Shown here: in pieces, positions 49,005 to 59,340 of the stretch
Numbering within the stretch: the first letter of the stretch is position 1
Layout: each line of letters starts with the position of its first letter
NCBI RefSeq assembly: GCF_000374805.1
Contig: NZ_KB895335.1
Span: 244,046-308,045 of the forward strand
Source: Chitiniphilus shinanonensis DSM 23277
GTDB taxonomy: Bacteria > Pseudomonadota > Gammaproteobacteria > Burkholderiales > Chitinibacteraceae
Reading direction: 5' to 3'
Length of the DNA stretch: 64,000 bases
Position numbers and translations under genes: made by a program
The notes under the pieces: model-generated
Database searches by the model: none
What the model was told of the DNA's origin: nothing
Seen by the model: the letters and a program-made list of their open reading frames with translations, nothing else

Positions 49005-49847
49005 TTATCTTTTGTCCCGGCCGCCGCCCAGCAGCGACGAGACTTTCTGCCACAACGCGCCGCGCGCCGGGAACGGCCGCTTGACCTCGATCAGCAGCAC
49101 CGACACGTTGTCGCGCCCCCCCGCCGCGTTGGCGCGCTCCACCAGTCTGGCCACCGCCAGCGACAGATGACCGCGCAGATCGTCGAGCACCTCGGCGATC
49201 TCGGCGTCCTCCAGCATGTCGTTCAGGCCATCGGAGCACAACAGGTACAGGTCGCCCACCTGCACCGCATAGCCGTGCAGCTCGGCCTCGACCGCCGGGT
49301 CGATGCCGACGGCACGCGTCACCAGGTTCTTGTTGAGCGACAGCCGTGCCTCCTCGGGGCTGATCAGGCCGCTGTCGATCTGCTCCTGGAGGAACGAATG
49401 ATCGCGCGTCAATTGGGCCAGCACACCGTCGCGCAACCGGTAGCAGCGCGAATCGCCGACGTGCGCCACCATCACCTGGTCGTCGAAGAACAGCGTGGCG
49501 ACCAGCGTGGTGCCCATGCCGGCGCATTGCGGCTGGGATTGAGCGGTGCCGTGGATGGCGCTGTTGGCCAGGAACACCGACTCTTCCAGCACGGTGCGGG
49601 CATGCGGCACGCCGCGCCGGTCCAGCACCGCGGCGTCGCGCGTCGCCAAGCCCTCGCGCACGGTGTGCAGCATCATCTCGATGGCGATGCCGCTGGCCAC
49701 CTCGCCGGCGTTGTAGCCGCCCATGCCATCGGCGAGCACGGCGAAGCCCAGCGCGGCGTCGAAGCCCAGCGCGTCCTCGTTGTGATCGCGGATCAGCCCG
49801 GGATCGCTCGCCCCGTCCATCCGCAGCGACCGGCTCAGGTCAACCAT
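49005..49847 (-). CDS. PP2C-family Ser/Thr protein phosphatase.
   Basis: DGMGG, ...GDSR...DG.ND motifs. Confidence 0.85.
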   Translation of the reverse strand: MVDLSRSLRMDGASDPGLIRDHNEDALGFDAALGFAVLADGMGGYNAGEVASGIAIEMMLHTVREGLATRDAAVLDRRGVPHARTVLEESVFLANSAIHGTAQSQPQCAGMGTTLVATLFFDDQVMVAHVGDSRCYRLRDGVLAQLTRDHSFLQEQIDSGLISPEEARLSLNKNLVTRAVGIDPAVEAELHGYAVQVGDLYLLCSDGLNDMLEDAEIAEVLDDLRGHLSLAVARLVERANAAGGRDNVSVLLIEVKRPFPARGALWQKVSSLLGGGRDKR

Positions 49848-52356
49848 GCGCAGCCCTCTCCTTGAGTCCGGCTTCCAGCTTGGCGCACGACGCGGCGAAG
49901 TGGGCGCCGCTCTGGAACCGGGCTTCGATGTCTTTGGCCAAGGCCTTCATCGTGATGGCTGCCAGCATGCCAGGAATATGCGGGTTGAGCTTGCGCGGAT
50001 CGGTGGGCGAATCGTTGGCGATGCGGTACATCAATTCGGCCATCGATTCACCGTTGAACGGCAGGTGGCCGGTGCAGAGCTGGTACAGCATCACGCCGAG
50101 CGAGAACAGGTCGGAACGGCCATCGATCTTCTTGCCGGACAACTGCTCCGGCGACATGTACGACGGTGTGCCCAGCACCATGCCGGTGCGGGTGCGGCTG
50201 GCGTCGGTGATGCGGGCGATGCCGAAGTCGGTGACCTTGACCTGCCCGCTCTCGCGCTCGTACATCACGTTGGCCGGCTTGATGTCGCGGTGGACCACCG
50301 CCGCCTTGTGCGCGTAATCCAGCGCCTCGGCCACTCGGCGCACGATGCCCACCGCTTCGGCCAGCGGCAGCAACTGCCCGGGATGGGTGTACTGGGTAAG
50401 GTCGGCGCCCTTGAGGAATTCCATCGCGATATAGGCGAGGTCGTGTTCCTCGCCGGCGTCGTAGATGGTGACGATGCTGGGGTGGTTGAGCCGGCCGGCG
50501 GTCTCGGCCTCGCGGAAGAAGCGCTGGCGCGCTTCTTCCAGCATGTCGGACTCGAACTCCTGGCTGAGCGCCATGGTCTTGATCGCCACCACCCGGCCGA
50601 TCTTGGGATCGCGCCCCTGGTAGACCACGCCCATCGCGCCCTTGCCCAGTTCCTTTTCCACGCGGTAGCGGCCGAGCATCGGCTTTTCCACGTCGCCGCC
50701 GGCCAGCAGCAGGGTGCCGCCCTTGTCGCCGCGCCCCAGCAGCACCGTCTCGGCCATCTGCTTGGCGCGCTTCAGCTTTTCCTTCAGATCGCGGTAGCCC
50801 GGGTCGTGCCGCGCCATGTGGCGGTAGACGTTCTCCGCCTTGTTGAACTGGCGCTTGCGCTCGAAATCGAGCGCCAGGTTGTACAGCGGCTCCATCAGGT
50901 CGTCCGACAGCGGCACGCGGCGGAACTTGTCGAACGCCAGGTCGAGCTGGCCCTGCCCCTGGAACGCCAGCCCCAGCATGCGGTTGGATTCGGCCGATTC
51001 GGCGGCGCTCTTCTGACCCTGTTCCTCGGTCATCAGGTAGCGCTTGGTGGTGAGCACCGCGTGCCCCAGCAGCAGCAGCGCGGCGGGCGCCACCAGCGGC
51101 ACCCACAGCATGCCCTGCACCATCAGCGCGAACTGCGCCGCCAGCAACACCAGCAGCACGCCCGCGGTGATCGCGGCGGCGGGCGCCGCCCCCAATCGCG
51201 GCAGTCCGGCGACCAGGTACAGCGCCACCAGCAGCAGCGCGCCCCACTTGACCCAGGCCGCCCACGGGGGGCTGGTGTAGTAGTGCTGTTGCAACAGCGC
51301 CGACACGCCGTTGGCCGCCACCAGCACCGACGGCGTGGCCGCCGAGGCGGGCGTGACGTACAGCGTGCCCACGCCGAGCGCGGTGGCACCGATCAGCACT
51401 GTCTTGCCGCGATATTTCTCGGGCGCGATCTTGCCGGCGTACACGTCGTAGAACGAATCGACCGGGAAGGCGTCGGCGCCGTCGCGGCTGTAGAAGTAGG
51501 GCAGGAAGGTGCTGTCGGCGTCGGTCGGCAACTGCACGTTGCCCAGGGTCAGCGAGCGCCCCAGGTCGAGAGCGATGCGGTCGGTGCCCAGGTTGAGCGT
51601 GCGCGCGGCCACCGCCAGCGGCCAGGTGGGATAGATCGCGCCGAAATAGCGCACCGCCAGCGGCATCCGCCGCACCACGCCGTCGTCGTCCGGCACCAGC
51701 AGTTCGCCCGCGGTCAGCGCGGCGGCAGCGCCGATGCGCGGGATCGGCGGAATGGCGGCATCCACCGGCAGCGGCCAGCCGTGGGCGGGGTCGCCACCCG
51801 GCTCCAGCTCGGTGCGCGCGACGAAGTCCGGCAGCGGTTTATCCGGCTCGCCCTGCCCTTCGCCCAGCCGGAGCTGCATGGGCAGCACCAGGTTGCCGGC
51901 GTTGCGCATGCTGCGCGCCAGCTGGCTGTCCACGTCGAGCGCACCCAGCGCATGCTCGACCTGCTCGCCGAAGCCGGAGGGATAGGCCTCGGGGTTCTGG
52001 TGGAAGCGCTGCTCGAACTGCCGCAGATAAGGCAGGCCGCGATCCTGCTGCGGCTCGGTGAAGAACACCGTGGAGGCGATCACCTTGGCGCCGCCCGCCG
52101 CCAGCTTGTCGATCAGCCGAGCGTGCACTTCGCGCGACCACGGCCAGCGACCGATGTTGTCCAGGCTTTGCTGGTCGATGGCGATCACGGCGATCCGCGG
52201 ATCGGGCGCCCGTTCGGTCATCCGCATGCCGGCGTCGTAGGTGCGCGCCTCCAGCCAGCCCGACCACGGCGTGGCCCATGCCAGCACCAAGTAAGCAAGC
52301 ACGACGGCCAGTGCGACCAGGCTGTCGCGGCGCCACCATGTACGACTCATCCCCAA
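49840..52356 (-). CDS. CHASE2-sensor Ser/Thr protein kinase (CHASE2, TM segments, TPR-like region and Hanks kinase).
   Basis: Kinase motifs GKGAMGVVY, VAIK, HRDIKPANV and DFGIA. 8-nt overlap with the PP2C gene. Confidence 0.85.
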   Translation of the reverse strand: MGMSRTWWRRDSLVALAVVLAYLVLAWATPWSGWLEARTYDAGMRMTERAPDPRIAVIAIDQQSLDNIGRWPWSREVHARLIDKLAAGGAKVIASTVFFTEPQQDRGLPYLRQFEQRFHQNPEAYPSGFGEQVEHALGALDVDSQLARSMRNAGNLVLPMQLRLGEGQGEPDKPLPDFVARTELEPGGDPAHGWPLPVDAAIPPIPRIGAAAALTAGELLVPDDDGVVRRMPLAVRYFGAIYPTWPLAVAARTLNLGTDRIALDLGRSLTLGNVQLPTDADSTFLPYFYSRDGADAFPVDSFYDVYAGKIAPEKYRGKTVLIGATALGVGTLYVTPASAATPSVLVAANGVSALLQQHYYTSPPWAAWVKWGALLLVALYLVAGLPRLGAAPAAAITAGVLLVLLAAQFALMVQGMLWVPLVAPAALLLLGHAVLTTKRYLMTEEQGQKSAAESAESNRMLGLAFQGQGQLDLAFDKFRRVPLSDDLMEPLYNLALDFERKRQFNKAENVYRHMARHDPGYRDLKEKLKRAKQMAETVLLGRGDKGGTLLLAGGDVEKPMLGRYRVEKELGKGAMGVVYQGRDPKIGRVVAIKTMALSQEFESDMLEEARQRFFREAETAGRLNHPSIVTIYDAGEEHDLAYIAMEFLKGADLTQYTHPGQLLPLAEAVGIVRRVAEALDYAHKAAVVHRDIKPANVMYERESGQVKVTDFGIARITDASRTRTGMVLGTPSYMSPEQLSGKKIDGRSDLFSLGVMLYQLCTGHLPFNGESMAELMYRIANDSPTDPRKLNPHIPGMLAAITMKALAKDIEARFQSGAHFAASCAKLEAGLKERAAHG

Positions 52357-52477
52357 AACCCTGCCGGTATCCGATTTTTGCTAATGCTACTCTCGAAGGC
52401 AGTGCCAACGTTTGTTTGAATCAGTCAACCTGAGGTAATTGTGACGCAAACCGCACGCTGACAGGACGAACGTCGTT

Positions 52478-53185
52478 TCAGGGGATATCGGCGTAACCCA
52501 TGCGGCGCTGGATGATGGCGGTCTTGCGCGCCAGGCGGCGATCACCCCGATGGGTATCGTAATAACGAGGGTTGGTCACCATGGCCGCCAGACGGGCGGC
52601 TTCATAGCTGGACAAACGGGCGGCCCCCTTGCCGTAGTAGTGCCGCGATGCGGCCTCGGCGCCGAACACACCGTCGCCCCATTCGATGGAATTGAGGTAG
52701 ATCTCGAAGATGCGCCGCTTGTCGAGCACGCCTTCGAGCATCACCGTGATCAGCGCTTCCTCCAGCTTGCGCCACGGGGTGCGCCGGCCGGACAGGAACA
52801 GGTTCTTCGCCAGTTGCTGGCTGATGGTCGAGCCGCCGGCGACGATGCGGCCCTTCTTCAGGTTCTTCTCCCAGGCGGTCTGGATGCCTTCCCAGTCGAA
52901 GCCGTCGTGTTCGAGGAACTTGGCGTCCTCGCTGGCGACCAGCGCGCGCTTCAGGTTGTTGGAGATCCGGTCGTAGGGCACCCAGCGGTGGCGCAGTTCG
53001 GCGTCGGGGTCCTCCTGGCGCAGCCGCTCCAGCTGCTGGTCCATGAACGCCGTCTCGGACGGGTTGAACCAGCGCCAGGCCAGCACGTGGCCGAAGATCC
53101 ACAGGTTCCACAGCAGGAACACGGCCAGCAATGCCAGCAGTGCCCGCTTCACCCACCAGCCGAAGGTTTTGTTGTTGGTACTCAC
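52478..53185 (-). CDS. mtgA: Monofunctional biosynthetic peptidoglycan transglycosylase.
   Basis: ASEDAKFLEHDGFDWEGI and GGSTISQQLAKN (GT51 motifs). Confidence 0.85.
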   Translation of the reverse strand: MSTNNKTFGWWVKRALLALLAVFLLWNLWIFGHVLAWRWFNPSETAFMDQQLERLRQEDPDAELRHRWVPYDRISNNLKRALVASEDAKFLEHDGFDWEGIQTAWEKNLKKGRIVAGGSTISQQLAKNLFLSGRRTPWRKLEEALITVMLEGVLDKRRIFEIYLNSIEWGDGVFGAEAASRHYYGKGAARLSSYEAARLAAMVTNPRYYDTHRGDRRLARKTAIIQRRMGYADIP

Positions 53186-53226
53186 GGCAGCGCCATCGTC
53201 TTGGAACGGCGGCGATTATGCGACTG

Positions 53227-53412
53227 GCTTAGAGCCTGTTCAAAGTCTTTTCGCGGCAGCGCCGGCCCGGCCCCAAGGGTTCGGGGCATTGCCGGCGCGC
53301 TGCTGCGTTGCACGCCGCTCACGGTATTCATACCGCAGCGCGTCCTGCGCCTTGCCGCACACCGGCACTGCCCCGAACGCTGTCGCGAAAAGACTTTGAA
53401 CAGGCTCTTAGC
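53227..53412. repeat. ~185-bp nested imperfect palindrome (MITE/REP-like element) between mtgA and aroE.
   Basis: Outer arms GCTTAGAGCCTGTTCAAAGTCTTTTCGCG (53227..53255) and CGCGAAAAGACTTTGAACAGGCTCTTAGC (53384..53412). Inner arms GGGTTCGGGGCATTGCCGG and CCGGCACTGCCCCGAAC. Confidence 0.5.
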
Positions 53413-53432
53413 CCGGAGGGCGTGACAGTGCG

Positions 53433-54263
53433 TTACAGTGCGCCGCGCATCTGAGCCAGCACCGGCGCCACGTCCGGGCGGTGGCCGGTCCACAGCGCGA
53501 ACGCCTCGGCCGCCTGGCCCACCAGCATGCCCAGCCCGTCGACCCGGCGCGCGACGCCGGCGGCACGGGCCTGCGCCAGGAAGGCGGTCTCTTCCTTGCC
53601 GTACATCATGTCGTAGGCCAGCGCGCCGGGTGCGAACACGCCGTCGGGCAATGGGATCGCGGCGCCGCCCAAGCTGGCCGAGGTGGCGTTGACCACCACG
53701 TCGAAGGCGCCGGCGAGGTCGGCGAAGGCGCTGGCGCTCAGCGGCGCCGGCAGGCGCGGTGCGAACTCGTCCACCAACGCGTGCGCCTTGTCGACGCTGC
53801 GATTGGCCAGCACGATGGCGGCCGGACGTGCCTCCGCCAACGGCAACAGCACGCCGCGCGCGGCGCCGCCGGCCCCCAGCAGCAGCACGCGCCGTCCCGC
53901 CAGTTCGCCGTGGCGCAGCAGGTCGGCCACCAGCCCGGCGCCATCGGTGTTGTCGCCCAGCAGGCGGCCGTCGGCGCCGATCCGCAGGGTGTTCACCGCG
54001 CCGGCCGCCGCGGCGCGCGGCGTCAGGCTGTCGGCCAGGCGGAACGCCTCTTCCTTGAACGGCACCGTCACGTTGCAGCCGCCCGCCCCTGTCTCCACCA
54101 ACTGCCGCACGGTGGCGGCGAAACCGTCCAGCGGCGCCAGCAGGCGCTCGTAGCTGAAGTCGACCAGCCCGAACTGGGCGGCGAAGGCGGCGTGGATCTG
54201 CGGCGATTTGCTGTGGGCGATGGGGTTGCCGATGACGAAGTAGCGCATGGGACGGTGCTGCAT
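53433..54263 (-). CDS. aroE: Shikimate dehydrogenase.
   Basis: [16 protein letters not shown]... canonical AroE N-terminus. GAGGAARG Rossmann motif. Confidence 0.85.
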   Translation of the reverse strand: MQHRPMRYFVIGNPIAHSKSPQIHAAFAAQFGLVDFSYERLLAPLDGFAATVRQLVETGAGGCNVTVPFKEEAFRLADSLTPRAAAAGAVNTLRIGADGRLLGDNTDGAGLVADLLRHGELAGRRVLLLGAGGAARGVLLPLAEARPAAIVLANRSVDKAHALVDEFAPRLPAPLSASAFADLAGAFDVVVNATSASLGGAAIPLPDGVFAPGALAYDMMYGKEETAFLAQARAAGVARRVDGLGMLVGQAAEAFALWTGHRPDVAPVLAQMRGAL

Positions 54264-54344
54264 GAAGTGAAAGGCGGCCAGCGTGTCACGCCTGCCGCCC
54301 GAAAGCGAGGCCCAGGGGGCAAAGGACGGATCGAGCGGCCGGAT

Positions 54345-54797
54345 TCAGCCCTGCACCCAGGGCAGGCCGGCGGCGCGCCAGCCGTTCACGCTGTTGCGAT
54401 GCTGGCCTTCGTCCTTGTCGCCCTCGAAACCTTCCAGGATGTTGTACGCCTCGCTGTAGCCATGGGTGGCCGCCAGCTCGGCCGCGTCGTGGCTGCGCGC
54501 GCCGGAGCGGCACAGGAACAGCACCACGTCCTGGGTATCCACCTTGGTTTTCAGTTGGGTGAGGAAATCGGGGTTGAGCGACATCTCAGGGAAGCGCTTC
54601 CATTCGATCAGTTCGGCACCGGGCACCACGCCGACGAACTGCCACTCGGCGGCGGTGCGCACGTCGACGATGCGGGTGGTGGGCAGGGTCCGCGCCAGTT
54701 GATAGGCCTCGGCCGGGGTGACCGCGCCGGAATAAGGCAGGCCCAGCTGCGCTCCGCGCTCGCGGGCGCGTTTCAGGATCTCGGTGGCTTCGCTCAT
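54345..54797 (-). CDS. Single-domain rhodanese-like sulfurtransferase (150 aa).
   Basis: CRSGARS active-site loop. Start MSEATEIL at 54797 inside ORF 54345..54923. Confidence 0.7.
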   Translation of the reverse strand: MSEATEILKRARERGAQLGLPYSGAVTPAEAYQLARTLPTTRIVDVRTAAEWQFVGVVPGAELIEWKRFPEMSLNPDFLTQLKTKVDTQDVVLFLCRSGARSHDAAELAATHGYSEAYNILEGFEGDKDEGQHRNSVNGWRAAGLPWVQG

Positions 54798-54869
54798 GTC
54801 GGCTCCAGATGAAATATGACGCAAATGCGAATGAGGCATTCTAGCGCGGACGCTCCGACCGGGTGCGAC

Positions 54870-54996
54870 GCACCAATATGGTGCATCAACATGGGGCGGC
54901 GCACCCTTTGCGCGCACGTCCAAAACGACTCAGGAGCCGCAAGCGTTTGTGGCACAATGGTTCGTCTCGCGCACAGGCGCTGGCACGATTTCTGCT
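54870..54996 (+). promoter_or_regulatory. glnA control region: NtrC enhancer box plus sigma54 promoter.
   Basis: GCACCAATATGGTGCA at 54870..54885. TGGCAC-gattt-CTGC at 54981..54996 (GG/GC with 5-nt spacing). RBS GGAG before the ATG at 55076. Confidence 0.6.
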
Positions 54997-55075
54997 TCAG
55001 GATGGTCCATCCCGCGCCGACCCGGCGTCACGGGTCAGAAAAATCATCAATCCTTATTCAGCAAGGAGTTTCAAG

Positions 55076-56485
55076 ATGTCGGCAGCCGACGTTCTCAAGT
55101 TGATTCAGGAAAACGACATCAAGTTCGTGGACCTGCGTTTCACCGACACCATCGGCAAGGAGCAGCACGTGACCGTGCCGGCCCACGTGGTGGACGAGGA
55201 GTGGTTCACCAACGGCCACGCCTTCGACGGCTCGTCGATCACCGGCTGGAAGGGTATCCAGGCTTCCGACATGCTGCTGATGCCGGATCCGGCCACTGCC
55301 AACATCGATCCGTTCTTCGACGAACCGACCGTGTTCCTGACCTGCGACGTGATTGAGCCGGATACCGGCAAGGGTTACGACCGCGATCCGCGTTCCATCG
55401 CCAAGCGCGCCGAAGCCTACCTGAAGGCTTCCGGCCTGGGCGACACCGCCTACTTCGGCCCGGAACCCGAATTCTTCATCTTCGACGGCGTGCGCTGGGG
55501 CGTGGACATGTCCGGCTGCTTCCTGAAGATCGATTCGGATGAAGGCGCCTGGGCCACCGCCAGCGATACCGAAGGCGGCAACATGGGCCACCGTCCGCGC
55601 GTCAAGGGCGGCTACTTCCCGGTTCCGCCGGTCGATAGCCACCAGGACATCCGCGCCACCATGGTGCTGGTGCTCGAAGAGCTGGGCGTGCCGGTCGAAG
55701 TGTTCCACCACGAAGTGGCGAACGCCGGCCAGAACGAAATCGGCACCAAGTTCAGCACGCTGACCAAGCGCGCCGACTGGACCCAGATCCTGAAGTACGT
55801 GGTGCACAACGTGGCGCACCAGTACGGCAAGACCGCCACCTTCATGCCCAAGCCCATCGTCGGCGACAACGGTTCCGGCATGCACGTGCACCAATCGGTG
55901 TGGAAGGACGGCAAGAACCTGTTCGCGGGCAACGGCTACGCCGGCCTGTCGGACTTCGCCATCTACTACATCGGCGGCATCATCAAGCACGCCAAGGCGC
56001 TGAACGCCATCACCAACCCGGGCACCAACTCGTACAAGCGTCTGGTTCCGCACTACGAAGCTCCGGTGAAGCTGGCCTATTCCGCCCGCAACCGTTCCGC
56101 CTCGATCCGCATTCCGCACGTGGCGTCGGACAAGGGTCGCCGCATCGAAGCGCGCTTCCCGGATCCGCTGGCCAACCCGTACCTGGCCTTCTCCGCCCTG
56201 CTGATGGCCGGCCTGGACGGCGTGCAGAACAAGATCCACCCGGGCGATCCGGCCGACAAGAACCTGTACGACCTGCCGCCGGAAGAAGACAAGCTGATCC
56301 CGACCGTCTGCGCATCGCTGGAAGAAGCCCTCGATTCGCTGAACGCGGATCGCGAGTTCCTGACCCGTGGCGGCGTGTTCACCAACGAATGGATCGACTC
56401 GTACATCGAACTGAAGATGAACGAAGTCAATCGCATCCGCATGACCACGCACCCGGTCGAATTCGACATGTACTACAGCCTGTAA
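55076..56485 (+). CDS. glnA: Glutamine synthetase type I.
   Basis: [31 protein letters not shown]...; adenylylation-site region NLYDLPPEE. Start inside ORF 54863..56485. Confidence 0.95.
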   Translation: MSAADVLKLIQENDIKFVDLRFTDTIGKEQHVTVPAHVVDEEWFTNGHAFDGSSITGWKGIQASDMLLMPDPATANIDPFFDEPTVFLTCDVIEPDTGKGYDRDPRSIAKRAEAYLKASGLGDTAYFGPEPEFFIFDGVRWGVDMSGCFLKIDSDEGAWATASDTEGGNMGHRPRVKGGYFPVPPVDSHQDIRATMVLVLEELGVPVEVFHHEVANAGQNEIGTKFSTLTKRADWTQILKYVVHNVAHQYGKTATFMPKPIVGDNGSGMHVHQSVWKDGKNLFAGNGYAGLSDFAIYYIGGIIKHAKALNAITNPGTNSYKRLVPHYEAPVKLAYSARNRSASIRIPHVASDKGRRIEARFPDPLANPYLAFSALLMAGLDGVQNKIHPGDPADKNLYDLPPEEDKLIPTVCASLEEALDSLNADREFLTRGGVFTNEWIDSYIELKMNEVNRIRMTTHPVEFDMYYSL

Positions 56486-56536
56486 TCAGGCCATCCGGCA
56501 CCCGCGTCGCCCCGGCGACGCCGGCCCGCCTGCCAA

Positions 56537-56565
56537 CCCCGCGCCACGGCGCGGGGTTTTTTCTT
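56537..56565 (+). terminator. Rho-independent terminator after glnA.
   Basis: CCCCGCGC-cacgg-GCGCGGGG-TTTTTTCTT. Confidence 0.6.
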
Positions 56566-56708
56566 GGCCGCGCCCCGCGCGCCCCGCGCGCCGGGCACGA
56601 CGGCCCGGCGCCCCACCCAGGCCACCCCGTGCGACGGGGAGACCAAACAGCCCCGTTCATTCGGCATCGATTCACTACACTGGAGCCATCCCGACCCTGC
56701 GCGCCTCG

Positions 56709-58196
56709 ATGTCGAAAGCCCTCGCCCACCTCTCCGCCGCCCGCCTCTCCGCCGCGTTGCTGCTCGCCTTCGTCGTGACCGCCGCGCTCAGTGCCTGGCC
56801 GGGACGCCTTGCGCCGGAGCTGCCCCCCGTGTTCTGGATGCCCGCCGGGATCAGTCTGGCCACCCTGCTGCTGATGGGGCGGCTGGGCGTGCTGCTGTGC
56901 TTCGTCGGCAACCTGATGGTCGGCTGGGCGCACTACCGCGTGGCGCCGGACGGCAACCAGGCATGGTTGCTGCCGCTGCTGGCCACGCTCGATACCGGGC
57001 AGGCCTGGCTGGCCGCCACCCAGTGGCGCCGCCGCGAGCTGAAAGGGCACCGCCCGCTGCTGCAGCGTCCGCGCGAGCTGATCTTCTTCTGGGGACAGGT
57101 CTGCGCGCTGCCGTCGCTGATGGTGCTGCTGCCCGCACTGCTGGCGATGACCACCGGCGGCGCGGCGCGGCCGCCGATGGAAGAGATCGGGCTGATCTGC
57201 CTGGAGTACGTCACCGGCAACATCCTCGGCATGCTGCTGATCGCGCCCTGCCTGGTGCTGTGGCGCGACCGGCGCCGCTGGAGCCTGCACCGCCGCGCCG
57301 AACGCTGGTGGTGGCCGCCGCAACTGCTGCTGGTGATCCTGATCGTCACCCTGGTGCTGCACGGCACCGCGCTGGTGCTGCTGTTCCCGGTGCTGCTGGC
57401 CACCACCATCTATTACCGGCTGCCGGGAGTGACGCTGTCGCTGCTGCTGATCGCCGTCACGCTCACGCTGGTCACCGCCCACGGCGGCGGGCCGTTCGAC
57501 CAAGACACCGTGCACCTGCATTTCCTGCATCTGCACCTGTTCCTGTTCTCGGTCTCGCTGACGCTGCAATACATGGCGTTCGGCCAGGAACAGTTGCTCG
57601 AATACCAGCGCGAACTGAAGCACGACGTGGCACTACGCACCCGCGAGTTGCGCAAGGCCAACGAGCGGCTGGCGGAGATGGCCACCACCGACGAGCTGAC
57701 CGGCGTGGCCAACCGGCGCGAATGGCAGCGCCATAGCGCCGAGGCCATGATGCTGGCGCGGCGCACCGACGAGCCGCTCTCGGTGCTGATGCTCGACCTC
57801 GACCACTTCAAGATGATCAACGACACCTATGGCCACCTGATCGGCGATCTGGTGCTGCGCGCGGTGTGCCACGCCTGCGAAGGCGCGCTGCGCGCCACCG
57901 ACCATTTCGGGCGCTGGGGCGGCGAGGAATTCGCCGTGCTGCTGCCCAACACCGCCGGCCTGGAAGCCGCCCAGGTCGCCGAGAAACTGCGCGCCGCCGC
58001 CGCCGCGGCATGGGTCGATCACAACGAGCGCCGGGTACAGGTCACCATCAGCGTCGGCGCCACCACGCTGCAACCGGACGACACCACGCTGGACGACCTG
58101 ATCAAGCGCGCCGACGACGCGCTCTACGCCGCCAAGCGCGCCGGGCGCAACCGGGTGGTGATCGCGCCGCCGCCGCCCGGTTCCGGCGACGACTGA
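56709..58196 (+). CDS. MASE1-domain membrane sensor fused to a GGDEF diguanylate cyclase.
   Basis: Multi-TM MASE1-like N-terminus. RWGGEEF site. Confidence 0.85.
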   Translation: MSKALAHLSAARLSAALLLAFVVTAALSAWPGRLAPELPPVFWMPAGISLATLLLMGRLGVLLCFVGNLMVGWAHYRVAPDGNQAWLLPLLATLDTGQAWLAATQWRRRELKGHRPLLQRPRELIFFWGQVCALPSLMVLLPALLAMTTGGAARPPMEEIGLICLEYVTGNILGMLLIAPCLVLWRDRRRWSLHRRAERWWWPPQLLLVILIVTLVLHGTALVLLFPVLLATTIYYRLPGVTLSLLLIAVTLTLVTAHGGGPFDQDTVHLHFLHLHLFLFSVSLTLQYMAFGQEQLLEYQRELKHDVALRTRELRKANERLAEMATTDELTGVANRREWQRHSAEAMMLARRTDEPLSVLMLDLDHFKMINDTYGHLIGDLVLRAVCHACEGALRATDHFGRWGGEEFAVLLPNTAGLEAAQVAEKLRAAAAAAWVDHNERRVQVTISVGATTLQPDDTTLDDLIKRADDALYAAKRAGRNRVVIAPPPPGSGDD

Positions 58197-58256
58197 CGGC
58201 ATGGGCCGGCCGGCGCGTACAATCCGACTTTTGCCCTCGCCCACATCCGCACCGCC

Positions 58257-58880
58257 ATGACCATCCGCGCCGTCGTCTTCGATTTCGGCGGGGTCCTGTT
58301 CGACTGGAACCCCGAGCACCTCTACCGCAAGCTGATCGCCGACGCCGACGAGCGCCGCCGCTTTCTCCGCGACGTGTGCTCGCCGGCCTGGAATCTGCAG
58401 CAGGATGCCGGCCGCAGCATCGCCGACGCCAACGCCGAACTGCTGGCGAGCCACCCGCAACACGAAGCGCTGATCCTGGCCTTCTACCAGCGCTGGCCCG
58501 AAACACTGGCCGGCACGCTGCCCGACGGCGTGGCGCTGATGGAACGACTGGAAGCCGCGCAGGTGCCGCTCTACGGGCTGACCAACTGGTCGGCGGAGAC
58601 CTTTCCCTACGCCTGGGAGCACTATCCGCTGCTGCACCGCTTCCGCCACATCGTGGTCTCGGGCCGCGAACGGCTGATCAAGCCGGACCCGGCCATCTAT
58701 CGGCTGCTGTTCGCACGCATGGCCGACGATCTGCCCGACCTGCAACCGTCCGAACTGGTGTTCATCGACGACAGCGCCAGGAACGCCGAGGCCGCCAGCG
58801 CCCTGGGCTGGCATGGCATCCACCACGTGAGCGCCGAACAGACCGCCGCGCAATTGCGGCAACTGGGCCTGGTGTTCTGA
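58257..58880 (+). CDS. HAD-superfamily hydrolase.
   Basis: VVFDFGGVLFDW (motif I DxD variant FDFGGV). IDDSARNAEAASALG. Confidence 0.8.
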   Translation: MTIRAVVFDFGGVLFDWNPEHLYRKLIADADERRRFLRDVCSPAWNLQQDAGRSIADANAELLASHPQHEALILAFYQRWPETLAGTLPDGVALMERLEAAQVPLYGLTNWSAETFPYAWEHYPLLHRFRHIVVSGRERLIKPDPAIYRLLFARMADDLPDLQPSELVFIDDSARNAEAASALGWHGIHHVSAEQTAAQLRQLGLVF

Positions 58881-59224
58881 TGGACAAGCCCCGCATCGTC
58901 ATCCGCTATTGCACCCAGTGCCAATGGCTGCTGCGCGCAGCCTGGCTGGCGCAGGAGCTGCTCTCCACCTTCGCCGACGAAGTGGGCGAGGTGGCGCTGG
59001 CGCCCGGCCGGGGCGGCATCTTCGAAATCCACTGCGGCGACGTGCTGGTGTGGGAGCGCAAGCGCGACGGCGGTTTCCCGCAAGCGGCGGAACTGAAACA
59101 GAAAATCCGCGATCTGATCGCACCGGATCGGCCGCTCGGGCATAGCGACCGCAAGCAGGCCGAACCGCCGCCGCCACCCGGATCGGACGAGATTTCCGCG
59201 CCGCCGTCGGCACCGGGCCAATAG
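58880..59224 (+). CDS. Rdx/SelW-like redox protein (CxxC).
   Basis: IRYCTQCQW motif. TGATG overlap with the HAD stop. Start inside ORF 57866..59224. Confidence 0.6.
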   Translation: MDKPRIVIRYCTQCQWLLRAAWLAQELLSTFADEVGEVALAPGRGGIFEIHCGDVLVWERKRDGGFPQAAELKQKIRDLIAPDRPLGHSDRKQAEPPPPPGSDEISAPPSAPGQ

Positions 59225-59340
59225 GAAACCAGACGAAGCAACACGCCGCCCGGCGGGCCGGTGCCAAGGTGCATCATCGTCACGACGGGTTGCCGGCGCA
59301 GAGCGGGCGATCCGGAGATCGCTGTGGTAAGGTAACCGCC

